A stretch of DNA of 64,000 nt. Origin: an uncultured Gammaproteobacteria bacterium. GTDB taxonomy: Bacteria; Patescibacteriota; Patescibacteriia; 2-12-FULL-60-25. Every line of letters begins with the position of its first letter. The stretch's first letter is position 1. Positions 27,506 through 36,547 of this stretch are shown here, piece by piece. The DNA is taken from positions 2,413 to 66,412 of the forward strand of contig CAZRYH010000002.1 in the NCBI GenBank assembly GCA_964604275.1. Reading direction: 5' to 3'. A model generated the notes under the pieces. That model was given only the letters and a program-made list of their open reading frames with translations. It did not search any database and was not told the DNA's origin. The position numbers and the translations under genes were made by a program.

Positions 27506-27541
27506 AAAATGAAGATAGATTAATGAAAAATTGACGCCTCC

Positions 27542-27570
27542 AACATAGACCCGTGGGCTTGGGATGTCAA
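27542..27570 (-). promoter_or_regulatory. near-consensus sigma70 promoter (TTGACA-17-TATGTT) for the small ORF operon
   Basis: On the minus strand, TTGACA at 27570..27565, 17-nt spacer, TATGTT at 27547..27542. Confidence 0.5.
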
Positions 27571-27579
27571 TTCCCTGGG

Positions 27580-27608
27580 AAAAATAAAAAACCCGACTTG
27601 TCGCCGGG
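27580..27608 (-). terminator. rho-independent terminator after the methyltransferase gene
   Basis: Minus strand reads CCCGGC-gacaa-GTCGGG, then TTTTTTATTTT. Confidence 0.6.
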
Positions 27609-27622
27609 TTGGGTTTGAGGGA

Positions 27623-28375
27623 TTAGGCAGCTCGGGCCGTGAAATAGAGACGACTCGGATGCTCGAGACCGTCTTCATAGACCTTGGTCTCAAGCTTTGT
27701 CTCCAAATTCATGAAGCCCGCCGTTTCCAACATCGGAAGGATGTCGGTTTCGTCGTAGCCGCGCTCGGTGTGGAGCTCGTGGTCGTGGGCGAAGGCGCCA
27801 TCCGGACGCCGCAGAAACATGTCCACGTCCATGGTCCAGACGCGATCCTGCCCTCCAAAGCGGAACGTCACGAAGGAAGCTTCATCCTCGAAAATCCTGG
27901 GCTTGTTCTTCTGCGAAGCCGCGATGTGGTCGCGGGTATTCATGTCGAAGAGGAAGATGCCACCCGGCTTCATGTTCCGCCTCACGCTCCTGAACGCGGA
28001 CAGCATGTCCTCATCGGTCAGGAGATAGTTGAGTGAATCGTAGAAGCAGACGGCCAAATCCACGGCGCCGTATTCCGAGAGGTCAAAGTCGCGCATGTCG
28101 GCCAAGACGTAGACTCCAGAAGGTGATTTGCCTCGCGCCTTCTCGAGCATTGGCCCTGAGAGGTCGATGCCCAAGGGCGAAAAACCCATGCCCTCAAGCA
28201 TGCGCGAGATGGTCCCGGTGCCGCAGGCCACATCTAGAGCGCGACCGCGGGGTACGGCGTAGCGCTCAACGGTTTCCGCGATCAGGGATTCCCAGGCCGC
28301 GTATTTTTTGCCGCTCATGAGGCGGTCGTATTGGGCGGCGAAATTGTCGCCGTATTGCGTTTGATCGTGGTTCAT
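27623..28375 (-). CDS. class I SAM-dependent methyltransferase
   Basis: Motif I ALDVACGTGTISRML. ATG at 28375 overlaps the upstream TGA (ATGA). Confidence 0.8.
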   Translation of the reverse strand: MNHDQTQYGDNFAAQYDRLMSGKKYAAWESLIAETVERYAVPRGRALDVACGTGTISRMLEGMGFSPLGIDLSGPMLEKARGKSPSGVYVLADMRDFDLSEYGAVDLAVCFYDSLNYLLTDEDMLSAFRSVRRNMKPGGIFLFDMNTRDHIAASQKNKPRIFEDEASFVTFRFGGQDRVWTMDVDMFLRRPDGAFAHDHELHTERGYDETDILPMLETAGFMNLETKLETKVYEDGLEHPSRLYFTARAA

Positions 28376-29628
28376 AGCCTTATTCCTTGTTCGTAAGCGC
28401 ATGAGAAGCGGCAGAAACCGCCACAAGCCGCGCATGATTCCGTGGAATTGTGCGTGCAAGTCGCGCAGGTCTTGTGCCGCGAGAGGAAGCGTTTGGTTTC
28501 TGCTTCAAGCGCCGCGACCAAGCCCGGCCCGTCATACGTCTCGATGTCATCCAGGGCGCGCGTGCGGTCCATGACGCATGGATAGAGCTTGCCGATGGCG
28601 CTCACGGAGATGCGCTTTCTGATGCCGCATCCGTAGTACGCGGCCTTGGGTATGGATTTCTTGCTCGCCAACATACCGTTACGCACGTTACCGTTGCCCA
28701 AATGTGTGGCTATGGCCGACAGTTCGGCTTTGGCCAAGGCGTTGTGAACCGCATTGCCGGTCCGTATCGCTGGACGCAGGTGCACAGTTGTCTGATGGTC
28801 GTGCGCCACTCGGATGAGCCCGTCGATTTGATCCAGATTGTTGGCGTGGATCGTGGCGATGAAGTAGGGCTTGATGCCCACCTCGTGTATCCGTTTCAAT
28901 CCGGTCATCAGATTATCATACAGCCCGGAAAGCCGTCGAATGCTGTCATGGACCGGACCCACGCCATCCAAGCTGATGGCTACGCCCAATCCGCGGCCGA
29001 GAGACTCCAGCAGTGCGCTTGATGCGCCCGCCAGTCCGCCACCGTTGGTCACCACGTAGTAATGCCTTCCCAAGCCGTGGATGTGGTCCAGGATGAGCGG
29101 CAGGTCTTGGCGTAAGGTCGGTTCTCCGCCCGTGACCTCAAACAGGCACGTACCCAGATGCGCCAACCAATCGATGCGGCGCAAGACGTCATGGAGCGTG
29201 GGCTGAGGGCCATGCAAATCGTCGATGTGATAACACGCCTCGCAGGCGCAATCACACGCGCTCGTCACGTCCAACAGAGTTTGGGGCGGCAATCCGACGC
29301 AGTCCACCTTGCAATCCAAGCGTTGGGATGAGGTGGAGCGCGATTCCAGCAGGACCGCGTTCTCCGTCAGCAGGGCGACCGTATCGCGGTCCAGTTGCGA
29401 TTCACGGATTGGTTCTTGACCTTGCAACGCATCGGCCAAGTCTTGATCCGCGTGGATGAATGCGGCGTAGAGGTGGGGCGGGGTGATGACCGCGCCACCG
29501 GGTTCGCGGCGGATGATGGCTAGGGGATTGCGATGCAGAATGCGCGAGCCTGTCGCGGGCGTCCTGTCGGTTTCGCGGATTTTGACCACGCAAGGCGCCC
29601 CCAGATGGTGCAGCGATGTAGCGAACAT
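28372..29628 (-). CDS. radical SAM/SPASM-domain protein with an N-terminal extension of about 110 aa (maturase 1)
   Basis: CDCACEAC cluster at about residue 125. C-terminal YYGCG..YPCVMD..CATC..CAACGGFC. AAGGAG precedes the ATG at 29628. Confidence 0.8.
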   Translation of the reverse strand: MFATSLHHLGAPCVVKIRETDRTPATGSRILHRNPLAIIRREPGGAVITPPHLYAAFIHADQDLADALQGQEPIRESQLDRDTVALLTENAVLLESRSTSSQRLDCKVDCVGLPPQTLLDVTSACDCACEACYHIDDLHGPQPTLHDVLRRIDWLAHLGTCLFEVTGGEPTLRQDLPLILDHIHGLGRHYYVVTNGGGLAGASSALLESLGRGLGVAISLDGVGPVHDSIRRLSGLYDNLMTGLKRIHEVGIKPYFIATIHANNLDQIDGLIRVAHDHQTTVHLRPAIRTGNAVHNALAKAELSAIATHLGNGNVRNGMLASKKSIPKAAYYGCGIRKRISVSAIGKLYPCVMDRTRALDDIETYDGPGLVAALEAETKRFLSRHKTCATCTHNSTESCAACGGFCRFSCAYEQGIRL

Positions 29629-29637
29629 GTCGGCTCC

Positions 29638-30648
29638 TTATTTCGTGGTTTCAGTGAATAGTCGTCCGTATTCCAGCAGCGCGTCCTCGGCAGGCACATC
29701 CAGACGCGTCAGGGCATCCAAGCCGGCCGTGCGATCGATGATTCCGAACCGAACACGTTCGGCTAAGTACTCGAGGACCACCGGACATTTTTCGATCACT
29801 TCTTCCAATGGCAGGCGTTTGCGACCTTGCGTCAGGTCCGCGAAATATGCGCCCGGCATCAGGCAGTCCGTGTCGTAGCCACCACACAACGGATCGGCCC
29901 ACGGGAGGTTGAGCTCCGAGACCAGATTGCGGTTACGCGTTTTGCTCAGCCCGAAGGCGAAGCCGCCGCGTACGATGGTGATACCCGACGGTTTTTTCCA
30001 ATGGATGGAAAAGTTGCCGTCCTGTTTCTGTTTGGGCGTGTCGCCCCCTGTCATGAGCGTTTCGTATCCCGTCGCCCGCATGGTCTCCAAATATGCACGG
30101 TCGATCATGCGATTGCAGAGCTTGCCGCAGGGCAGGGTCCGCGTCGCGTGGCAATGGCGATACACGTCGAACGTGTCCAAGGTCTTTCCCGTGATGGCGA
30201 TGACCGCGGGGTCGTCTTGTATGGCGTGGGTGATGTCCACGGTGAGATGGGCTTCCCCCAGCCCGAGGTTACTGATGACGTCGCGCACGTTCTTGTCCGC
30301 AACGTTGCCTTTGACTCCCGTGGCCACCGTAAAAACGTCGAGCTTTATTCCGCGCTTGCGGCATTCGTCGCGCATGAGCGCGAGCACGATGGTGCTGTCC
30401 AATCCGCCCGAATAGGCGAAGAGCACGCTGCGAGTCGAACCAAGGAACTCCTGGAATTCGCGGTCGCAGGTTTCTCGGATGTTGGCCAAACCCAGGTCGT
30501 GGACCGCGGCGCAGCATTCGCATAGCGGTTGACCAGCGCGCATTTCGAAGTCGAGGGGTTTCCCCGTGGCCGGATTGTTCACCCGCAGACCCATGGGAAA
30601 TACGCACGAGGAACAGAAAACGAAATCCTGATCTTTTGAATCGCACAT
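29638..30648 (-). CDS. PP-loop ATP pyrophosphatase with N-terminal 4-Cys ribbon (amidotransferase-like)
   Basis: CSSC..CECC ribbon followed by AYSGGLDST (SGGxDS PP-loop). This order recalls WbpG/PseA-type N-acetyl-sugar amidotransferases. Confidence 0.65.
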   Translation of the reverse strand: MCDSKDQDFVFCSSCVFPMGLRVNNPATGKPLDFEMRAGQPLCECCAAVHDLGLANIRETCDREFQEFLGSTRSVLFAYSGGLDSTIVLALMRDECRKRGIKLDVFTVATGVKGNVADKNVRDVISNLGLGEAHLTVDITHAIQDDPAVIAITGKTLDTFDVYRHCHATRTLPCGKLCNRMIDRAYLETMRATGYETLMTGGDTPKQKQDGNFSIHWKKPSGITIVRGGFAFGLSKTRNRNLVSELNLPWADPLCGGYDTDCLMPGAYFADLTQGRKRLPLEEVIEKCPVVLEYLAERVRFGIIDRTAGLDALTRLDVPAEDALLEYGRLFTETTK

Positions 30649-30765
30649 GTTTGGCCTCTGCTGCCTATGGGTTGTCCAAGGGGCGAACGCGTTTCGCGTT
30701 GCGGTTAGTTAAGCCGTATAAATAGACAAAAGTCAAGCCCTCAAGAATCAAAAAAAAAGCCCCGG

Positions 30766-31632
30766 TCATTTGAACGGGACCTCAGGAAGAGAATCCAACA
30801 ATCTCTGCAGGGTGACGAGCGCCTCCACGTGCTGGAAATTTTCATTCAGGTTGCGTTTGAGGTCACGGATGAGGCCTTCGTCGCCGGCCGCGACATGGAT
30901 CGCATCGTGCCAAGCGCTGACCTTGCCGTACACCATCAAACACCTGTCCCTGAATTCTACTGATGGTTCGTTGGTGGGGGCATTCTCCGTGGCCGCAGAC
31001 ATCTCGAGCATAACTGCGCACTCCAAGGCCGCTTCCATGAAAACCGATCCGTCGCGTTTGTACGCTTCGAATTTCGCGTTCAGCTCGCGGCAGTGCATGA
31101 TGGCCGAAAGCATTTCCGACCGAGCCTCCGTGTCACCGCTTTCTCCCAACTGCATCTGCTTGTTGGAGGCCGACTGCTGGAATGAATCGAAGGGCTTGCC
31201 CAGAATGTTGGGACCCAAGACGCCTTGGTCGCTGAGCAGGCAGTCCTGTGCCATCTCCAAATACGTCAGCAACGCGGAAGCCATGCGCATGGCTTGGCTT
31301 TTGCGGCGGTTGAGTTCCGCATGGGCGTGGATCCTGGCTCTGGTCTCCACTTTTTGCCAGGCCAACAAGGCGGTGATGGACATGAAAATCAGAGTGGAGA
31401 GGGAGGCTTTGACCGCGGATTCGGAATTGTCAGCCATAAGTACGAACCCGGATCCGAACGCCGCCCCACCTAACGCGAACATGCTTACGAGCCAGAATGT
31501 CGCCTTCCTTGAAAGGTGAGATCCGCAGGTGTTGCAGACCACGCAGTCCGTCCTCTTGAGCTCCAGGGCTTTGGCTGAGTCGGCGAACGAGAGCAGTTCA
31601 TGCAAACTGGGTTGGGCATCGGATTTTTGCAT
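30766..31632 (-). CDS. hypothetical membrane protein with N-terminal CxxC..C motif
   Basis: CVVCNTCGSHL, two TM helices, helical C-terminal domain. No family recognised. Confidence 0.45.
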   Translation of the reverse strand: MQKSDAQPSLHELLSFADSAKALELKRTDCVVCNTCGSHLSRKATFWLVSMFALGGAAFGSGFVLMADNSESAVKASLSTLIFMSITALLAWQKVETRARIHAHAELNRRKSQAMRMASALLTYLEMAQDCLLSDQGVLGPNILGKPFDSFQQSASNKQMQLGESGDTEARSEMLSAIMHCRELNAKFEAYKRDGSVFMEAALECAVMLEMSAATENAPTNEPSVEFRDRCLMVYGKVSAWHDAIHVAAGDEGLIRDLKRNLNENFQHVEALVTLQRLLDSLPEVPFK

Positions 31633-31642
31633 GGGCTTCCTT

Positions 31643-32539
31643 TCATCCGCAGGCGAGCTTGGCCAAGCGTATCGCGCCTTCGCGGCTTTTGGCCGTGACG
31701 ATGAAGCGTTTGACGTGGCAGAAGATGGCGTCTGATACAGAGGTAGCCGCGATCAATGATGCTTGTGTTTTTCCGGCCCATGCCTCCGGCAAAGGATGCA
31801 ACGGGTCTGGCGAACCGGGCGCGATGGGAACCGCGCGCACGCTCCAATAGTTGCCGTCGTCGTAGATGACGTACCGCACTTCCGGGAATTCGTCTGCGAC
31901 CGCATTCTGCCAAGGCAGTTTGCGGCCCAGGACCATGATGCGCGGATCTTCGCGTACGGCGGCGGCTTCTCGAATCAAACCGCGCGCGGCTACGACGGTT
32001 TTGGCTTGGGCGATGTTGCGATCAAGAATCAGCTCGGCCACGCGCACCATTTGATGGAAGGCATGGTCCTCGGTCAAGCCCTGTTCCAACCATGTTGGGT
32101 TGAAAGTCTCGAGCATGCACGCCACGGTATAGGGAATGGGATCGCGGACATGTTTCCAGGGCGTTTCGCCGTTGTCCGCCGCGTCGCCGTGCTGGATGAG
32201 CGTGTCGTCTACCAAATTGGCCACATCAGCGCCACCGCAAATCCTAGATCCGTATTCCAGCCACAGCAGTCCCGCGGCCGCGTATTTAACTCCGTTGGCA
32301 CGGCGGGGGACGTCCGGTTGATGGTGGTCGAAATCTCCGGTCGCCGGGTTGTGCTTTCCGCCCACGTCGGCCCTAAAGTCCGCGTCCGCGAGCGTTTGCG
32401 GTTCGCGCGTGCGCACGATTTTGACGTTGAACAGCTTGTTGAGAATGGCCACGGACAAAGCGTCGTCCCAGTGGGCCGTGCCGTCATGCACCGCAACGAT
32501 CTTTGAAGTTGTTTGGCGGATTGATTGCTCGCGTGTCAC
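31643..32539 (-). CDS. MYG1/UPF0160-family metal-dependent hydrolase
   Basis: VHDGTAHWDDALSVAIL, VRTREP, DVGG..DFDHHQ motifs. Confidence 0.7.
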   Translation of the reverse strand: MTREQSIRQTTSKIVAVHDGTAHWDDALSVAILNKLFNVKIVRTREPQTLADADFRADVGGKHNPATGDFDHHQPDVPRRANGVKYAAAGLLWLEYGSRICGGADVANLVDDTLIQHGDAADNGETPWKHVRDPIPYTVACMLETFNPTWLEQGLTEDHAFHQMVRVAELILDRNIAQAKTVVAARGLIREAAAVREDPRIMVLGRKLPWQNAVADEFPEVRYVIYDDGNYWSVRAVPIAPGSPDPLHPLPEAWAGKTQASLIAATSVSDAIFCHVKRFIVTAKSREGAIRLAKLACG

Positions 32540-32657
32540 TCGTCACCTCTTTTGTGTGCGATGTGAAATAACGATGAAACAGGGCTGAGTTTAGCATAAA
32601 ATCATGATAAGGTCAACTCCCTGAACTAAAAAACAGCCTTAGGGCTGTTGGAGTGTT

Positions 32658-33437
32658 TCAGTCTTGAGCCAAGCGTGCGAGGAGGCTTGAAAACTTTGAG
32701 TATTTTTCGTATTCAGCGAGCGTATTGGCCAAGTGCGCTTTGAAGTCTCGGTGGTCCATGGCGGCGTATGCGCGGCAGACGTGGTTGAGATTGGCGCTAT
32801 CGATTTCCATAGCCAAGGCGCACTCGGCGGCATACGCCTCAACTTCCATCGGAAAGATGGTGCGCATATCGTCTTCCGTGAGAGGTTGGGGAGCGAAACG
32901 CAAGGGTTCACGCGGAAAGCGTCCTTCCAATTGTTGTTTGGCGTGGATCCATTCGTGGTACAGGACAAGTTCCTTTTCGCGCCTGCTCCTGGTGTCCGAG
33001 ATTAGGAGCCTGGGGTTGATGCTCAACACCAATCGGTCTACGCCATCTACCTCGGCCCAGCCTATGCCTGCCAAACTATCCGTACCCGTCACGTTCTCTT
33101 GGAAATTGAGAGAGATTCGTCCCGAATCTATTAATGGAAAAAATCTTTCTCTCACTTCCGCGTGCGGATGGTGCGACAGCAGGTCGTGCAAGACCATTTC
33201 GCATTCTTCGCGCCTTTGGTTTTGTCCCGAGGACTCCTTAATCCGTAAAACGCTGTATCCCAACCCCCAATCCTTTCCCGAAGGCAGGGGAGAGGGGCGT
33301 GCGAGAGTCTCGAATGAAGCCCGCACCATCAGGAGCGCTAAACCCAACCAAAGATAGACTCGGATTGACTTGCGGCTCAAGACCGCAAAACTGTGGTTGT
33401 CAGGTCTGAACATTCCAACCCCCTCCAGAAAAGTCAC
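32658..33437 (-). CDS. putative secreted HExxH metalloprotease-like protein
   Basis: N-terminal hydrophobic signal-like segment and a LVLYHEWIHAKQ (HExxH) motif. Terminator at about 32627..32650. Confidence 0.45.
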   Translation of the reverse strand: MTFLEGVGMFRPDNHSFAVLSRKSIRVYLWLGLALLMVRASFETLARPSPLPSGKDWGLGYSVLRIKESSGQNQRREECEMVLHDLLSHHPHAEVRERFFPLIDSGRISLNFQENVTGTDSLAGIGWAEVDGVDRLVLSINPRLLISDTRSRREKELVLYHEWIHAKQQLEGRFPREPLRFAPQPLTEDDMRTIFPMEVEAYAAECALAMEIDSANLNHVCRAYAAMDHRDFKAHLANTLAEYEKYSKFSSLLARLAQD

Positions 33438-33473
33438 ATAGGCTTGTACGTTCGAGACGCCTCTGGGATTGCG

Positions 33474-34808
33474 TCATTCCTCGGTTACGTATTCAACATC
33501 CGGGAGCTTGGGGCCTGGTATTTGCACTTGTTTCAAAAAATCCACGATGGTGGCATCGAGTTTGATTTGGGAGAAAGTCACGGGTTTGACCAGTTGTAGA
33601 CCTTCGAGCGAAGTGCAACGACTGAGGGCCACGTAAACCTGGCCAGCCGCGAATGCCCCGCTACCCAAATCCAACGCTACCTTTTCAAAGGTCTTGCCTT
33701 GGCTTTTGTGAATGGTCACAGCCCATGCCAGACGCAGCGGCAGTTGTTTGAAACTGCCGATTTGTTGGCGTTCCAAAGTGTCCGAGCTTTTTACGTATTT
33801 TGTCCGGAACATGTTCCACGTGTACGACTCGATGGTGATGGGTTCCTTTTTTCCGTCCAGCAACACGGTGGCCGAAGCGTGCGTCTCGTCCAAACCCGTG
33901 ACCCAACCCAAGCTGCCGTTAACGAATCTACCGGCTTGGTCGTTGGCCACGCACATCACGCGCGCCCCGATTTTCAAATCCAGATTTTCATCCGTGGGTA
34001 GATCGCGTTCCGAGAATTTGCCTTGCAGTGTGCCGTTGAAACTTCGCGTTTCGGCTTTGAGCTGGCGCATGCGCGATTGGTTGATGGCGTCGGCCGCGGC
34101 GTTGGTGGGCGTGAGCACTATCGAGTCGGGCGGCAATTCGCCTGTGGTGCGACGGGCGTTCAATGTGATGAGTTCGCTAGCCGAAACCGTGCGGTCGCGT
34201 ATGGCGTTGAGGATGCGGATGAAGTCTTTGTCTTTTTGGCGATAGATTTTTTCCAGTTCCGCAAAATCCACCATGCCTAATTCTGCCAGCATGCGGTAGA
34301 CTTTGGCCGAGAAGAAATAAGGTGAGGAATAGAACCTGGAAAAAGCTTGGTTTTCGTCTTGTCTGATGACAGGTGGAAGCTGGTAAAGATCTCCGATGCC
34401 GATAAGGCGCACCCCGCCGAACGGCAGATGGTTTTTGCGTACGGTTTTTAAGAACGCATCCATGCTGTCCAGCAGGTCGGCGCGTACCATGGATATTTCA
34501 TCGATGACCAGGGCGTTGATCTTTCGATATATGCCGGCGTTCTTGCGTTCCAAGGCTTCCTGTCTGGCGATGTCGGGCGTGACGGCTGGCGGGAGCTTGA
34601 AAAAGCGGTGGATGGTTTCCCCGTCCACGTTCAACGCGGCCACCCCGGTGGGCGCCAGCACAGGCACGTTGAACTTACTGTTTTGAACGAAATGCTTGAG
34701 CAATGTGCTTTTGCCCGTGCCCGCACGTCCGGTTACGAAAACGAAGGCTTTGCCATTCTCCATTTTGGCCAAAGCGTTTTCGAATTGCGGGGTAAAATCC
34801 AGTAGCAT
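33474..34808 (-). CDS. PIF1/RecD-like SF1 helicase
   Basis: GRAGTGKSTLLK (Walker A), LVIDEISMV, VTIHKSQGKTF, YVALSRCTS. Confidence 0.8.
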   Translation of the reverse strand: MLLDFTPQFENALAKMENGKAFVFVTGRAGTGKSTLLKHFVQNSKFNVPVLAPTGVAALNVDGETIHRFFKLPPAVTPDIARQEALERKNAGIYRKINALVIDEISMVRADLLDSMDAFLKTVRKNHLPFGGVRLIGIGDLYQLPPVIRQDENQAFSRFYSSPYFFSAKVYRMLAELGMVDFAELEKIYRQKDKDFIRILNAIRDRTVSASELITLNARRTTGELPPDSIVLTPTNAAADAINQSRMRQLKAETRSFNGTLQGKFSERDLPTDENLDLKIGARVMCVANDQAGRFVNGSLGWVTGLDETHASATVLLDGKKEPITIESYTWNMFRTKYVKSSDTLERQQIGSFKQLPLRLAWAVTIHKSQGKTFEKVALDLGSGAFAAGQVYVALSRCTSLEGLQLVKPVTFSQIKLDATIVDFLKQVQIPGPKLPDVEYVTEE

Positions 34809-34930
34809 GTCGGATTATTAAACCTGACCGTACGTCTTGCCGCAAGACCGAAATTTTAACCGAAATAAATCCTAATAAAACAATACGCCACCGATATTGG
34901 GTGGCGAAGAGGGATGAAAGGGCTGGAAAA

Positions 34931-35380
34931 TTAGGCGCACAATCCGTATTGCACGGCGTGGCTGTACATGTCCGGGCGGTATTGGCGCACGCGTATCCAA
35001 CGGGTCAGATGGGCAAAACCGTTATTCAGATCCTCGTGAGTCATCAACTTGATGGCTGGATATGGTTTGGAATCACGCGCCACCACGAAACCCACGGTCC
35101 ATTGTCCGGGAGCCCCGATGCACCACGGCCTAAGCCCGAGCCCATGTTCCACCAATTCCAAAACTAGATCCTCATAGTCCACGCGGTCCGGCACCGGGAT
35201 GATGCAGCCGGTCTCGATTTGCCAACCGTGGGATTTGTCATGTGGCTTTCTGACCCAATGTCTCCGATCCCATAATTCACAGATCGGACAGTAGCGTTCT
35301 TGGAACGCATAACTGGGTTTGGTCTTTTTCGGTTCCCAGGCGTGTTCAATGAACTGCGTCAAAATCGAAAGGGTCGACAT
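34931..35380 (-). CDS. hypothetical protein
   Basis: ATG at 35380 after GGGAG (track ORF extends to 35512). No motif. Confidence 0.4.
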   Translation of the reverse strand: MSTLSILTQFIEHAWEPKKTKPSYAFQERYCPICELWDRRHWVRKPHDKSHGWQIETGCIIPVPDRVDYEDLVLELVEHGLGLRPWCIGAPGQWTVGFVVARDSKPYPAIKLMTHEDLNNGFAHLTRWIRVRQYRPDMYSHAVQYGLCA

Positions 35381-35574
35381 TTGATAGTTACTCCCTGACG
35401 AAAAGGCACAGCTGTGGCGATTGGGCAAAAAACGCGACAATCTAGCATATGCCATGTATGAACATACGACACGTGCTCTTTCCCTCTTTCTGATATTCTG
35501 CGTTTTAGCCAAAAAATGGGGCAGGTATGAAGAGAATGTGAAAATGACAATTTTTACATGGCGTATATTTTGAT

Positions 35575-35811
35575 ATGGCCATTAATTCATTGATAGCACA
35601 GTCTATGAACAGATTGAGTGCATTGGATTGGGTAGCGGTCGTGATTTTGGTGATCGGGGGATTGAATTGGGGCTTGGTCGGATTGTTCGGGTTCGATCTG
35701 GTGGCCGCCATTTTTGGCGACATGTCCGTGCTCACCAGGATTATTTATGTGCTGGTCGGCGTGTCGGCCGTGTACGTAGCGGTGGTGGTCCAGACTTTCA
35801 AACGGCCTTAA
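35575..35811 (+). CDS. DUF378-family small membrane protein
   Basis: LDWVAVVILVIGGLNWGLVGLFGFDLVAAIFG is the typical DUF378 pattern. Confidence 0.7.
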   Translation: MAINSLIAQSMNRLSALDWVAVVILVIGGLNWGLVGLFGFDLVAAIFGDMSVLTRIIYVLVGVSAVYVAVVVQTFKRP

Positions 35812-35913
35812 CGAAAAACTCCCGAAAGGGAGTTTTTCGTAACTGTTTGGACGTGGAGAGATTTGTCAGGGTCGCCTTTCCGTTGTAGTATCCGTGCGAA
35901 TCAGGAGGTGGCC

Positions 35914-36435
35914 ATGTCGCATCAGATTGAGCCGCGCAAGATTTGCGTCACGTTCGATGAGTACTTTGAACTTCTGGGCCGACTGGTGCGGAACATCCGC
36001 GGTTCCGGTTTCAGCCCCCAACAGATCGTATGCATCGCGCGTGGCGGCCTCATGCCGGGTGAAATAGCATCCCGCGCGTTCGGCGTGCCGTTGGCCGTGA
36101 TGTCTGTGGCCAGTTACCCGGAGCAGGGTACGCAACAGGAAAGGATGTGTTTCAGCCGCGACCTGACCTCGGCCAAACCTTTGCGCCGCCATTCCATCCT
36201 GGTCTTGGACGACCTGACGGAAACCGGCTTGACCTTGGCCAAGACGGTCGAGTGGCTCAACTGGTGGTATAGCATCCCACTGGAAGAGATTAGGACTGCC
36301 ACGGTATGGCACAAGGCTTGGTCCGAATTCGTCCCGGATTTTTACGTCCAAATCGTGGAGCCGGATCCCGACGGTTCGCGTCCGTGGATTGTGCAGCCGC
36401 AAGAACGGTTTTGCCAAAGTCTCATTGAGCCCTAA
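35914..36435 (+). CDS. phosphoribosyltransferase-family protein
   Basis: PRPP-binding motif ILVLDDLTETGLTL. ATG at 35914 after AGGAGGTGG. Confidence 0.7.
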   Translation: MSHQIEPRKICVTFDEYFELLGRLVRNIRGSGFSPQQIVCIARGGLMPGEIASRAFGVPLAVMSVASYPEQGTQQERMCFSRDLTSAKPLRRHSILVLDDLTETGLTLAKTVEWLNWWYSIPLEEIRTATVWHKAWSEFVPDFYVQIVEPDPDGSRPWIVQPQERFCQSLIEP

Positions 36436-36547
36436 GTCACGAACTCCGGGCTTTTTATTTTTACGCGACATCAATTCTCGAGCGTCGTGTAGGGCTTGAC
36501 TTTTTGACCAAAATGGGGTTAATTCAAGCCCGCAAAGGAGGGTTTGG

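Noticed and set aside
30665-30769. 34-codon ORF (MTGAFFLILEGLTFVYLYGLTNRNAKRVRPLDNP) whose ATG overlaps the TGA of the upstream gene. I considered it as a second precursor or small membrane peptide.
   Set aside because: It runs through a T9 tract and a hairpin-containing 5'UTR-like region of the PP-loop gene. It has no Shine-Dalgarno sequence and no Cys-, Ser- or Thr-rich core. It is probably a chance ORF.
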